Shown here: in pieces, positions 17,605 to 27,414 of the stretch | How the letters are laid out: each line of letters starts with the position of its first letter | Numbering within the stretch: position 1 is the stretch's first letter | NCBI GenBank assembly: GCA_001824825.1 | Contig: MHTK01000006.1 | Location: 252,138 to 316,137 of the forward strand | DNA: 64,000 nucleotides | Direction: 5' to 3' | DNA from: Candidatus Vogelbacteria bacterium RIFOXYD1_FULL_46_19 | GTDB taxonomy: Bacteria > Patescibacteriota > Minisyncoccia > Phycocordibacterales > XYD1-FULL-46-19 | Notes under the pieces: generated by a model | The model's database searches: none | Seen by the model: the letters and a program-made list of their open reading frames with translations, nothing else | What the model was told of the DNA's origin: nothing | Position numbers and translations under genes: made by a program

Positions 17605-17633
17605 ATTTTACCTTATATTGTGTCTATTGTCAA
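17605..17633 (-). promoter_or_regulatory. Near-consensus sigma70 promoter
   Basis: TTGACA-N17-TAAAAT. Confidence 0.7.
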
Positions 17634-17663
17634 TTTTTTAAAATTAAGTCTAGATTAAGAAAC

Positions 17664-20219
17664 TTATTTTCCGTGGCAATGTTTATACTTAACCGGCGTA
17701 CCGTCAGCCTTAGTGGCTCCACACGGACACGGGTCATTGCGACCCACTTTTGGCCAAGCTGAACCGACTGGGGCCGAATTGACGGACCTTGGCTTTTTAT
17801 TAACATCTCCTGCTAGTAGTGGGTCCGCCCCAGGTAGAGCCGAGATATCGGCGTGCACTTCCTGCATCGCTGGCACCTCGGTCGTTTTGATAGTAGTGCT
17901 AATATTAGGAAACAGTTTGATTACATCCACAAAAATCGACAGCTCTAAGTCTTTAAACATCCGCAAGCCTTCACGCTTAAACTCCACCAGCGGATCTCGC
18001 TGACCATAAGCCCGCAAACGGACACTACCTTTCATATACTCAATCGCCTCCAAGTGTTCCATCCAATACATATCGATCACCTGCAAAATCAAGTTTTTAG
18101 CACTGGTTATAAAATCTTCACCAGTCGTCGCTTCTTTGGACCCCAACAACTTTTTAATATTACCAGCCTCGTCCTCGGACAAATTCAAGCCTTCGATAGC
18201 GCGGTCAAAAAAAGCCAACACCGCTTCGCGGTTGCCGGCGAGCACCGCCTCACGCCTAGAGTACATCGTCACTCGCTGATGATTGACTACATCATCATAC
18301 TCCAGCAAGTGCTTACGCATATCAAAATTCATCCCTTCAATTTTGGTCTGAGCGGTTTCAATCGCCCGCGACACCATCCGATTTTGAATGGCCTCATCCT
18401 CCGGAATACCGAACCGGCCCATCATACTTTTAATTCGGTCAGACGCAAACACTCTCATTAAAGAATCTTCTAGTGACACAAAAAACTGCGTTTGACCCGG
18501 ATCACCCTGACGCCCCGACCGGCCACGTAACTGATTGTCAATACGTCTAGCTTCGTGACGCTCGGTACCCAAAACAAACAGGCCGCCCAAATTTTTTATC
18601 TCCTCGGCTTCAGCTTCGGTGGCCGTCGGGCCACCTAATTTAATGTCGACTCCGCGGCCAGCCATGTTGGTCGCAATCACCACAGCCCCCTTTTTACCGG
18701 CTGTCGCTGTGATTTCACCTTCGCGTTCATGATTCTTGGCATTCAATATCTCATGGGGAATACCTTCCTTTTTTAAATAGGCCGACAAGAGCTCATTGCG
18801 CTCAATAGAAACCGTGCCAATCAACACCGGCTGGCCTTTATCGTGTAGCTCTCGAACTCGCTGAGCCACCGCCTTGAACTTGCCGGCTTCGGTTTGGAAA
18901 ATCAAATCGTCAAAATCTTGGCGGGCCGGCTCTTTATTGGTCGGGATGACATACACATCCAAACCATAAACTTTCTCAAACTCTTCGCGCGAGGTCACAG
19001 CCGTCCCGGTCATACCGGACAATTTGTCGTACAGCCTAAAATAATTCTGCAAAGTAACTGAGCCGTAAGTGCGAGACTCTTGCTGAATCTTTACCCCCTC
19101 TTTAGCCTCCACGGCCTGATGCAAGCCTTCCGACCAACGACGCCCGGGTTGGAGCCGACCAGTAAATTCATCCACAATTATTACCTCACCTTCTCGCACC
19201 ACATAATCTTTCTCCCGCTGAAACAAAGCTTTGGCCCGGACAGCCGTTTCTAGGTGATGTACATACTTAATCCCTTTATCAGTATAAATATTATCAACCC
19301 CCAAAGCTTTTTCCGCTTTGGTGATACCCTCTTCAGTAATTAGGACCGACTTAAACTTATGATCAACCGTATAATCTTTATCCTCTTCAAACGAGCGCAC
19401 CATTTGAGAAAAAGTAGTGTAAAAATCTTCCGCTTCAGCGGTCGGGCCAGCGATAATCAGTGGCGTTCTAGACTCATCAATTAAAATCGAGTCGACCTCA
19501 TCCACAATGGCAAAATGATGCCGATCGGCCAAATTCTCCCGCTGTGACAGCTGGCTGGGATTATGGACCAGATTATCTCGCAAATAATCAAAACCGAAAG
19601 CATTGTTGGTGCCGTAAGTAATATCCGCCCCGTAAGAGGCGCGCCGAGGAGATGGGCGTAAAAATTCATACATCACTTTAAACGAGCCGACGGCGTCACG
19701 CTCTTCGTCAACCTCAGTATGGGTTTCATCGTAAAGAAAAGCTTCCTGCTGATTGACCACTCCGACTGATAGCCCTAGTTTGGAGTAAATTTGACCCATC
19801 CAGACCGCATCACGCCGAGCTAAGTAATCGTTAACCGTAACCACGTGAACACCACGGCCGGTCAAGGCGTTTAAATACACCGGTAAGGTAGCGACCAAAG
19901 TTTTACCTTCACCGGTCCGCATCTCAGCAATATTGCCCCGATGGAGAGCAATGCCACCTAAAAGTTGGACGTCAAAGTGGCGCTGTTTTAAAGTCCGAGC
20001 GGCCGCTTCCCGCACCACGGCAAAACTCTCAGGCAACAAATCATCCAAAGCTTCGCCGGCCACGAGCCGGGTCTTAAACTCGGCTGTTTTATTTTTTAAC
20101 GCCTCATCGGATAAAGCCTTCATCCCCTCCTCTAGGGAGTTTATTTCTTCAACCAAGGGCCGCAGCAGCTTTATTTGGCGATCGTCATAACGACTAAAAA
20201 GGGCTGGAAAAAATTTCAT
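17664..20219 (-). CDS. secA: Preprotein translocase subunit SecA
   Basis: MRTGEGKT, DEVDSILIDE, ATNMAGRG, QLRGRSGRQGDPG, C-terminal GRNDPCPCG..KYKHCHG. Confidence 0.98.
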   Translation of the reverse strand: MKFFPALFSRYDDRQIKLLRPLVEEINSLEEGMKALSDEALKNKTAEFKTRLVAGEALDDLLPESFAVVREAAARTLKQRHFDVQLLGGIALHRGNIAEMRTGEGKTLVATLPVYLNALTGRGVHVVTVNDYLARRDAVWMGQIYSKLGLSVGVVNQQEAFLYDETHTEVDEERDAVGSFKVMYEFLRPSPRRASYGADITYGTNNAFGFDYLRDNLVHNPSQLSQRENLADRHHFAIVDEVDSILIDESRTPLIIAGPTAEAEDFYTTFSQMVRSFEEDKDYTVDHKFKSVLITEEGITKAEKALGVDNIYTDKGIKYVHHLETAVRAKALFQREKDYVVREGEVIIVDEFTGRLQPGRRWSEGLHQAVEAKEGVKIQQESRTYGSVTLQNYFRLYDKLSGMTGTAVTSREEFEKVYGLDVYVIPTNKEPARQDFDDLIFQTEAGKFKAVAQRVRELHDKGQPVLIGTVSIERNELLSAYLKKEGIPHEILNAKNHEREGEITATAGKKGAVVIATNMAGRGVDIKLGGPTATEAEAEEIKNLGGLFVLGTERHEARRIDNQLRGRSGRQGDPGQTQFFVSLEDSLMRVFASDRIKSMMGRFGIPEDEAIQNRMVSRAIETAQTKIEGMNFDMRKHLLEYDDVVNHQRVTMYSRREAVLAGNREAVLAFFDRAIEGLNLSEDEAGNIKKLLGSKEATTGEDFITSAKNLILQVIDMYWMEHLEAIEYMKGSVRLRAYGQRDPLVEFKREGLRMFKDLELSIFVDVIKLFPNISTTIKTTEVPAMQEVHADISALPGADPLLAGDVNKKPRSVNSAPVGSAWPKVGRNDPCPCGATKADGTPVKYKHCHGK

Positions 20220-20322
20220 ATTAAAGTGAGTTAGAGCCCTATCTTAGCATAAAATATAGGGTTTAAATAGACGGTAATTTTAGAGTTCTGGCTGTCTAAA
20301 TTTAGCTACTTATAAGTCCCTC

Positions 20323-20367
20323 AAATGAAAAACCACTCCCTTTTTATCAGGGAGTGGTTTTTCATTT
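20323..20367. terminator. Intrinsic terminator (symmetric)
   Basis: AAATGAAAAACCACTCCCT/AGGGAGTGGTTTTTCATTT. Confidence 0.8.
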
Positions 20368-20370
20368 TAA

Positions 20371-20514
20371 CTAACGTCGCTTTTTAGCAGTCTTTCGCTT
20401 AGCGGTCTTCTTGACAGCTTTTTTAGCAGTCTTGCGCTTGGCGGTCTTCTTGACAGCTTTTCGCTTAGCTGGCTTCTTGGCTGCCTTTTTAGCGGCTCGT
20501 TTTTTTGTTGCCAT
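20371..20514 (-). CDS. Histone H1-like basic protein, 47 aa (absent from ORF track)
   Basis: MATKKRAAKKAAKKPAKRKAVKKTAKRKTAKKAVKKTAKRKTAKKRR*; followed by terminator. Confidence 0.85.
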   Translation of the reverse strand: MATKKRAAKKAAKKPAKRKAVKKTAKRKTAKKAVKKTAKRKTAKKRR

Positions 20515-20819
20515 ATTGAACTAAAAAATTATTTTTAAAATTTTGTAACAACGCTCGACCTTTTTGTTTCTGAATGTGTCGATAAAAAAATTTTTGTTGT
20601 TACATTACTTCTTATATTATCGTTTAAACAAAAAACTCTCACAATGTTTTTTGACAAAAAAATGTGGATAACTAAAAATTTATTTTACAAAAATAATTTT
20701 AGTAAATTTTTAAAAAAAGTTTTCTTTAAGTAAATTAATTTTTTATAGCTAATTAATTCTAAATTATAAAAATTTTTGGGACTTTAAATTCTTGTCGTCA
20801 TCATTAAATATTTTTTTAA

Positions 20820-20953
20820 ACAAAAATCCCAAGCCAAGCGGTCGGGATTTTTGATTTTGCAATTGCCGCCACTTACAGCCGGCGGGGGCGTAACTCCAAA
20901 GGCAAAATGTCTTAATGTGAGTGCAACCGCCGGCTATAAACACCGGCAATTAC
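20820..20953 (-). ncRNA. Putative hairpin sRNA B (~130 nt)
   Basis: Promoter TTGCAG-N17-TATGAT (20960-20988); long stem 20859-20953; terminator 20821-20853. Confidence 0.55.
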
Positions 20954-21038
20954 TCACTCATCATAACCATTAATCAGTAAATCTGCAATTATTGGTCTGG
21001 AGGTATTATCTTCTAGGTCAGCTCGTGACCCCTCTGGT

Positions 21039-21127
21039 ACAACAAAACCCGCTTGCGCGGGCTTTGTTGTAAGACATTTAAACTTTTGAAGTCGCTCATC
21101 TAGAATTAGAATAAGCAACACTCACAT
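21039..21127 (-). ncRNA. Putative sRNA A (~85 nt)
   Basis: Promoter TTGACA-N17-TAGACT (21132-21160); hairpin 21091-21119; GCAA-tetraloop terminator 21039-21070. Confidence 0.6.
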
Positions 21128-21160
21128 GAAGAGTCTAGCAGAAAAGGGACCAAATGTCAA

Positions 21161-21257
21161 CCTCGTGAAATAAGCTATTGTAATATTGTACTTATATTTA
21201 GTATCCCGAATCACTATGAGCTTACAGTGAGACTTTTAAGCTACCTATTTCACAGGG
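21161..21257. repeat. MITE-like element with imperfect terminal inverted repeats
   Basis: CCTCGTGAAATAAG ... CCTATTTCACAGGG. Confidence 0.45.
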
Positions 21258-21274
21258 TAAATCTCGGGGCTCTT

Positions 21275-23506
21275 TTAGTTCACCTTAACCAAGCCCTGCC
21301 GAATCGCCTGCATCAGTTTTTCCCCCTCCGTCTGGAAATCTGGATTGTTCTTAATTGTAAGCTCTAAAGTAGCGAGGGCCCCAGCCCGATCGCCGGCGGC
21401 GTACCGGCTCAGGGCATACTTCTGCCACACCTCAACGTTTTGGGGTTCGACCTCAGCTCGCTTGGACCAAATCTCGGACACAATGTCATAACGCTTGGAT
21501 CCGGCAAAAAAGTTGATAAAGCGATCATCCGGCACCGCGAGTCCCCCATAAACTGGGGTTAAAATTTCTACCGCCAAACTTTCCTGATCGGCCAAGAGCG
21601 CCATCAAAGCATAAATTTTACGGGCCTCATCATTGGCAGGCTCTAATTCAAACGACTCTTTAGCGGTCGCGAGAGCTTGCTCGGCTTTGCCCTGCAAGCT
21701 GTAGTAGGTAGCCAGTTGAGAGAGTAATGATTGCTTGGCGGGAGCAAAGGGGCGCGCTGTTTCCAATTCTTTAACAGCGAGGTCGAGGTTGCCGGCGCCA
21801 ACTAAAAACTGAGCGTAAATAATTCTTTGACGAACAGCAGTCGGATTATCAGCCAAATGCTCACTCATTTTAACTTCGACTAAACTCACAAATTCCTGTT
21901 TCAAACCGTCAGACACCGCCTGATTTCTAAATAGTCCACTGCCCACACTCATTAGTTGCTCCAAAGCTTCCACCTGACCCACACTTCGATAGTCGAAGAC
22001 TTGCTTAAAAGAAGCCAAACTGTCGTCAAAGCGACCTTCTCTAGCTCCTTGTAAAGCTTGGAGTAACCGACTGGCCGCGAAAGTCGGTTTGATAACCGCG
22101 AAGTAAGCGGAGCTGGCCAATAAGACCAAAGCTAAGACGGCGACTAAGATATGATGGGCCGGCAAAACGGAAGAGGCTGACTTTTTCTTTTTAACTAAAG
22201 CGTCATCACTAGTCTCGATTGTTATAAAAGCAATCAACGCTAGAACAGCTAGAAAGAGAGAGTAACTAATGACATTGTCAAAAATAAAAAAGTTTTGAAA
22301 ACCATAAGCCGCGAGTAACCCGAGTAGAACTGCCCGCTCCCAGGCTAATTCAACGTCTCCTTGGTTTTTAGCCACTCCGGGCTTTAGGAGATAAAAAATA
22401 GCCAAAGCAAACATCAATAAGTACAGTCCCAAGCCCACTAGCCCACCAGCTACCAGCCAGTCCAAGAAAACATTGTGACTACGATCAAACCATGGCTCTT
22501 GGCCGTACATTCCAGGGTCATAGTACTTATTAAAAACTAATTGAAAATTTCCCGGTCCCCAACCTAGAATTGGTTGCTCCTTGACTCCCTCCAGCGACAT
22601 CCCCCAAACCATAAACCGAGCCTTGACCGTATTGTCCTCTAAAGAAATATTAGCAATACGGGCCAGCTCTGGGGTATTTTGAACTAGAGCACTGTCCCGA
22701 CTAAGCCAGAAGGCTCCAGCTATCGCAAGGAGAGCAATCAGCGCCCCAGCGCCCCAGCGCCGGAAAGCCGGCTGGTGTCGACTGACCAGAACTAGAGCCA
22801 CGATTATAGCCAGGCCAATACCACCTATTAAACCTAAAATGGCCCCACGAGTTTCCGACTGCATGACCATAAATACTTGCAGGACCATAACGGCGATATA
22901 AACATAGCGCCACAGTTTGTCCGGCCAAGCCTTAACCAATAAGTAAGCCGTCACAAAAAACACCATCATCATATAGCCCCCAAAATAACCAGCATTACCT
23001 AAAGTCGAGTCCACCCGCACACTGCCTTGCATAATTTCATAAACGCCCAAAAGCTGCATCAGACCATAACCGGCCACCAATATACTAGCCACCACATTGG
23101 TATTTAAAAACCAAACCCACAATTTTTCAGTCTTCAAAACGGACACTAAAACAATAAAATAAGCCAGTAAATGCAGGTGAGTGACCACCCCTTCCATCCG
23201 CTCGAAGTTACTCCAAAAGCTCCGGGCCGGTTCCTCCCCCACGAGAGCTGCTACCGCCATAAAGCCAAAGGTCCCCACGACGGCGTAAAGGAGAGCTGAT
23301 CGCCGAGGCCGATACTCTTTATTAGTCGCTGCCAGCACCAACCAAGCAAAAAAGATAACTTCCACCACCAGCCGAAACACCAACGCCTTACCCGTGATGT
23401 AAGGAAAAAATAACGAATTAGCCACATACAAAACAATGAAGGGCACCACAAAAATACCCGCCAGCACCAGCGGCCGCAAAACATTTTCCAAGGTTTTAAT
23501 ATTCAT
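21275..23506 (-). CDS. O-antigen ligase / O-oligosaccharyltransferase-like protein with C-terminal TPRs
   Basis: Multi-TM; STLGNAGY, TRGA, R..W..PILGWG..F, DRSHNVFLD; helical repeat tail. Confidence 0.85.
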   Translation of the reverse strand: MNIKTLENVLRPLVLAGIFVVPFIVLYVANSLFFPYITGKALVFRLVVEVIFFAWLVLAATNKEYRPRRSALLYAVVGTFGFMAVAALVGEEPARSFWSNFERMEGVVTHLHLLAYFIVLVSVLKTEKLWVWFLNTNVVASILVAGYGLMQLLGVYEIMQGSVRVDSTLGNAGYFGGYMMMVFFVTAYLLVKAWPDKLWRYVYIAVMVLQVFMVMQSETRGAILGLIGGIGLAIIVALVLVSRHQPAFRRWGAGALIALLAIAGAFWLSRDSALVQNTPELARIANISLEDNTVKARFMVWGMSLEGVKEQPILGWGPGNFQLVFNKYYDPGMYGQEPWFDRSHNVFLDWLVAGGLVGLGLYLLMFALAIFYLLKPGVAKNQGDVELAWERAVLLGLLAAYGFQNFFIFDNVISYSLFLAVLALIAFITIETSDDALVKKKKSASSVLPAHHILVAVLALVLLASSAYFAVIKPTFAASRLLQALQGAREGRFDDSLASFKQVFDYRSVGQVEALEQLMSVGSGLFRNQAVSDGLKQEFVSLVEVKMSEHLADNPTAVRQRIIYAQFLVGAGNLDLAVKELETARPFAPAKQSLLSQLATYYSLQGKAEQALATAKESFELEPANDEARKIYALMALLADQESLAVEILTPVYGGLAVPDDRFINFFAGSKRYDIVSEIWSKRAEVEPQNVEVWQKYALSRYAAGDRAGALATLELTIKNNPDFQTEGEKLMQAIRQGLVKVN

Positions 23507-23558
23507 ACTTAGTAATTTAGCACAGCCTAAGCCCTAGTAAAAGAGCCGATTTTGACTT

Positions 23559-24878
23559 ATGATTCAACCATCTTTACCTATGAAAATACCAGATCACCTA
23601 GATAACTTAAAGGGCCAGTTTAAATCTTTACTAGTCTGGAGTCAAAAATATACGAAAACGGACATGGTCTACCTGGCTAAGGGTGGATTTTGGCTAACCG
23701 CGAGTCAAGGGGTTTCAATTTTAGCTGGCTTTATATTGCTAGTTTCTTTTGCCAACCTACTGCCAACAGAAACCTACGGCACCTACCGTTACATATTAGC
23801 CATCTTGGGAGTAATAGTCATCGGAACCTTTCCAGGGATTAATGTAGTATCCATTAAAACTGTCGCCGAAGAAAATGAAGAGCAGTACTGGCAACTACTA
23901 TCTAAAAAGGCTTTATTCTCTCTATTGAGCAGCTTACTGTCTTTCCTAACATCAGTTTACTATTTACTTAATCACAACGAAATCCTTTCCCTGGCTTTTC
24001 TAATTGTCGGATTTGGCCTACCTCTCGTCTACACCTCCGGCATGTATGAAGCTTTATTGTACGGCCGAAAAAATTTCAAACGAGCCGCTCAGTTAAACAT
24101 GTTAAATAAGATAATAGTTACCGCCTTCTTGGTCCTAACGGTATACTTCACGGACAATATCATAATCTTGATTCTGGCATATTTCATCCCCGAAACCATT
24201 ATCCAGACAATCTACCTCACCTACTTTTTTAAAAAAAGACCTACTGGAGGAGCTCCCAGCACTAATAACCAGCTAACAAAGTTTGGTATCCACCTAAGTA
24301 TGATGGATGTTCTAAAGACAGTAGCAGGTCAAATAGACAAAATGTTAGTCTTCCACTATTTAGGCGCCACCCAGTTGGCAATTTACGCCATTGCGACAAC
24401 TCCCCCCAGCCAAATAAAAAACCTAATGCAAAATCTAACTACTCTGGCTTTCCCTAAAATGAGCACAGCCACAGCTGACAGTCTCCGAGAGACTCTGCCA
24501 AATAAGTTATTCCGGTTAGAAATGGTAATTATAGGTTTAATTATAATCTACTGGCTAGCGGCACCAGTGTTTTTCCCTCTGTTTTTTCCCAAATACGTAG
24601 GCGCCATTTTGTTGTCTCAAGTCTATGCGCTGTCTCTAATATTTTTCCCTAGAACTTTTTTATCTACCGCCATGACAGCCCAACTTAAACAAAAAGAGCT
24701 TTATTTTATAAGAATCATTGCCCCCACCTTGAGGATAATTATATTTTTACTAGTTTTACCTATTTGGGGAATGTGGGGAGCGGTTATTGGCTCAATAGTG
24801 GGTAATGCTTTAACCTCTCTTATTTATACCTATTTTTTTGCTAAAGCTTTTCCCAAGACTACACCTCCTCTCTCGTAA
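23559..24878 (+). CDS. Oligosaccharide flippase (Wzx-like)
   Basis: About 12 TM; FANLLPTETYGTY, IDKMLVFHYLG..LAIY. Confidence 0.85.
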   Translation: MIQPSLPMKIPDHLDNLKGQFKSLLVWSQKYTKTDMVYLAKGGFWLTASQGVSILAGFILLVSFANLLPTETYGTYRYILAILGVIVIGTFPGINVVSIKTVAEENEEQYWQLLSKKALFSLLSSLLSFLTSVYYLLNHNEILSLAFLIVGFGLPLVYTSGMYEALLYGRKNFKRAAQLNMLNKIIVTAFLVLTVYFTDNIIILILAYFIPETIIQTIYLTYFFKKRPTGGAPSTNNQLTKFGIHLSMMDVLKTVAGQIDKMLVFHYLGATQLAIYAIATTPPSQIKNLMQNLTTLAFPKMSTATADSLRETLPNKLFRLEMVIIGLIIIYWLAAPVFFPLFFPKYVGAILLSQVYALSLIFFPRTFLSTAMTAQLKQKELYFIRIIAPTLRIIIFLLVLPIWGMWGAVIGSIVGNALTSLIYTYFFAKAFPKTTPPLS

Positions 24879-25644
24879 ACAAACTATGCTTTGGATAATT
24901 CCACAACAAATCTATTAAGACCATCAAAATAGCTAATAATGTATAGACAATGTAAATAACCTCTCCAACGGGCTTGTTGAAAAAGTGTGTCCAAACGAGA
25001 AGAACATACCAGATCCACACCCAGTCATAAATCATAAAAACCAAGTATCGAACCCATCGAACAGGTCGTAGTTTTACTTTCTGAGTTTCCCGACCAAAGT
25101 CAACTATATCTTTCTCATGTCCTTCCAAATTGATTTTAAAGCGAATATGATGACGAACCTTGCCACTAATTTTATGCATGGCCATTAGGAACCCGAGCAA
25201 GGTTGACCCCAGTAGAAAGCTCAAGGAACTCGAGACAACAAAAAAGAAAAGTCCAATTATGAAATATAGAGCCAAAACATAAAGTAAGTGATATACAATA
25301 TCATAGTAAATACCCCGCTGACTAAATCGTTGCTGTATTCTGGCTAGTTCCCCATCTATTTTGTCTAAAATTGCACTTACAAATAACACCAAAAGCTGTA
25401 TAAGCACCACAAGATACGGATCAAGATATTCAACCACTAAACCTAAAATTATGGCCACTAAAACCGAAATAATAGCCAAAAGAGACACGTGGTTTGGTCT
25501 AACTGTAGGAAAAAATTTAGTTAAAAAACAACTCACGGAGAAAGAAATCATCCGTTGAAAACGATAAATAAAACTGCTCGAATTAATTTTTTCCAGCTTT
25601 ACTCCTAGGGCTTTGGTTTTTAATTCTTGATTATCTAACTGCAT
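24859..25644 (-). CDS. CDP-alcohol phosphatidyltransferase family protein
   Basis: PNHVS; D..DGELAR...S.RG.YYD motif. Confidence 0.85.
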   Translation of the reverse strand: MQLDNQELKTKALGVKLEKINSSSFIYRFQRMISFSVSCFLTKFFPTVRPNHVSLLAIISVLVAIILGLVVEYLDPYLVVLIQLLVLFVSAILDKIDGELARIQQRFSQRGIYYDIVYHLLYVLALYFIIGLFFFVVSSSLSFLLGSTLLGFLMAMHKISGKVRHHIRFKINLEGHEKDIVDFGRETQKVKLRPVRWVRYLVFMIYDWVWIWYVLLVWTHFFNKPVGEVIYIVYTLLAILMVLIDLLWNYPKHSLFTREEV

Positions 25645-26735
25645 AATATATTTTCTATTTTAGTTATTACAACACCCAAAGAGTGTCCTTGGATTACGGT
25701 TTGTCTGGCATTATGTCCCAATTCATGTCTAAGTCTTTCGTTAATCACTAATTGGTAAAGCTTTGATAAAAACTCATCTTGACCACCAGCGATTGTTAAA
25801 TATCCGTTCTGTTCATTTACAATAACAGACCTTAAGCTTAGAACGTCGGTTGAAACTACCGGCAAACCATAACTCATCGCTTCAAGTACAGCGTTCGGAG
25901 AACCTTCGCTATAAGATGCAAAAACAAAAATATTGGAATCCCGGTAAACCCTATCTAGTTCTCTAGGTAAGCATTTGCCTAAGAACTTAACATGGTTACT
26001 GACCCCACGCAATTCAGTATATTTTACCAGCTCCTGACTCAATTTTCCCGTCCCTACTAAATCAAGTTCCACCTGAGCAGCTGGGTATCGCTCCAGCAAT
26101 AACGCAATAATATCGATCAAAAATCTCTGATTTTTATTCTCATTATTCATGGACCCAACGTGTAATATTTTAACTAACGAATTTCCACATTCAGCAGTAA
26201 GTTGTGGGATAAATACTCCATTTTGAATAACTTCTATTTTGCCTTTATGAAAAGGCTGATAAGTAATTAGGCTTTCAGCAACTCCCGGAGAAACAGCGAT
26301 AATTTTATTTACAAAAAAATTAAATACTAGGTCAAAAACCTTTACCTTAAAACTTTTGCGATCAGCCATACCAGATTCCCTAATTACGATTCTACAATTA
26401 GGAAAAATTATTTTGCAAATTTTAGAAACTAGATTTGCCTGGTCAAGAGTAGAATATATGACAGTTGGCCGCACTTCTCTTAAAAGAGCGATGAGGGCCC
26501 TGAATTCTCTAAAATTCCAAACCGAGAGTAACCAAATCTGCTCGAAACGTACCTGATCATTTAATTCATTTTTTAAGTCGACATCAACTTGATTCTTATT
26601 TAGAACCACCAAACTAACCTGGTGCCCTCTGGACACCAAAGCATTGGCCTGGGACACAAAAACTCTTTCAGCCCCGCCTATTAACAGATCATTAATAATC
26701 ATAACTATTCGACATTGGGGTATTTTATTGGTCAT
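25635..26735 (-). CDS. Glycosyltransferase family 4
   Basis: GGAER N-terminus; EGSPNAVLEAMSYGLPVV. Confidence 0.9.
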   Translation of the reverse strand: MTNKIPQCRIVMIINDLLIGGAERVFVSQANALVSRGHQVSLVVLNKNQVDVDLKNELNDQVRFEQIWLLSVWNFREFRALIALLREVRPTVIYSTLDQANLVSKICKIIFPNCRIVIRESGMADRKSFKVKVFDLVFNFFVNKIIAVSPGVAESLITYQPFHKGKIEVIQNGVFIPQLTAECGNSLVKILHVGSMNNENKNQRFLIDIIALLLERYPAAQVELDLVGTGKLSQELVKYTELRGVSNHVKFLGKCLPRELDRVYRDSNIFVFASYSEGSPNAVLEAMSYGLPVVSTDVLSLRSVIVNEQNGYLTIAGGQDEFLSKLYQLVINERLRHELGHNARQTVIQGHSLGVVITKIENILCS

Positions 26736-27414
26736 CTGATTTCACTAAAATAGCCCAAAATTCTCCCCACACCACCCGGTGCTTGTCTATTTTCCATCCC
26801 GCCGCCGCCAGTTCCTCTTCAATTGTTTCTAGTCGATACTCTAGGCGGTGAGTGATGTCGAGTCGATACTCGAGTCCACACTCTTTTTTATATACGGTCA
26901 GCCAGTCCCTATCCTCCATCGGCACCCTAAACAAAATAGTATTACTTATCCGACGAAGAACCTTGAGAAGATTCACCCGATCATCAATATGCTCCAAAAC
27001 ATTCGACAAAATAATCTTATCAAACTGACCAGGAAATTTATAAGTCGTGACATCCCCTAGAACAAATTCGAGGTTAGAATGTTGGTAGTGATTCCGAGCA
27101 TAATTAATATTTTTTTCTGAAAAATCAATTCCCACTACTTTTTTTGCCTTTTGCGCAACTTTATAAGACAGCAGCCCAATACCACAACCAACATCTAACA
27201 CCGAGTCATCTGATTCAACCTGATCGACAAAAAATTTATGATATTGGGTAATTCGATGTTTTGGGTGGAACCCTCCCTCCAAGATACTGGCAAGCTCAGC
27301 AATTTTGTGATGGCAGTAATTATGACACCTAGCCAAGAGGTTAATTATCATCCGCACCAACGTAGGGTGCTTATATACCTGTTTTTTAATATAATCTTTA
27401 ATCATTTTAGTCAC
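26725..27414 (-). CDS. Class I SAM-dependent methyltransferase
   Basis: VLDVGCGIG; FD.I.LSNVLEHI. Confidence 0.85.
   Translation of the reverse strand: MTKMIKDYIKKQVYKHPTLVRMIINLLARCHNYCHHKIAELASILEGGFHPKHRITQYHKFFVDQVESDDSVLDVGCGIGLLSYKVAQKAKKVVGIDFSEKNINYARNHYQHSNLEFVLGDVTTYKFPGQFDKIILSNVLEHIDDRVNLLKVLRRISNTILFRVPMEDRDWLTVYKKECGLEYRLDITHRLEYRLETIEEELAAAGWKIDKHRVVWGEFWAILVKSDDQ

Noticed and set aside
20515-20820. oriC (AT-rich, TGTGGATAA at 20663-20671)
   Set aside because: Only one perfect DnaA box seen, no dnaA/dnaN nearby and no switch in gene strand
20859-20953. SRP RNA, 6S RNA or tmRNA identity for hairpin B
   Set aside because: Lacks the SRP domain IV motif and tRNA-like ends; short and without an obvious central bubble for 6S; left unassigned pending Rfam
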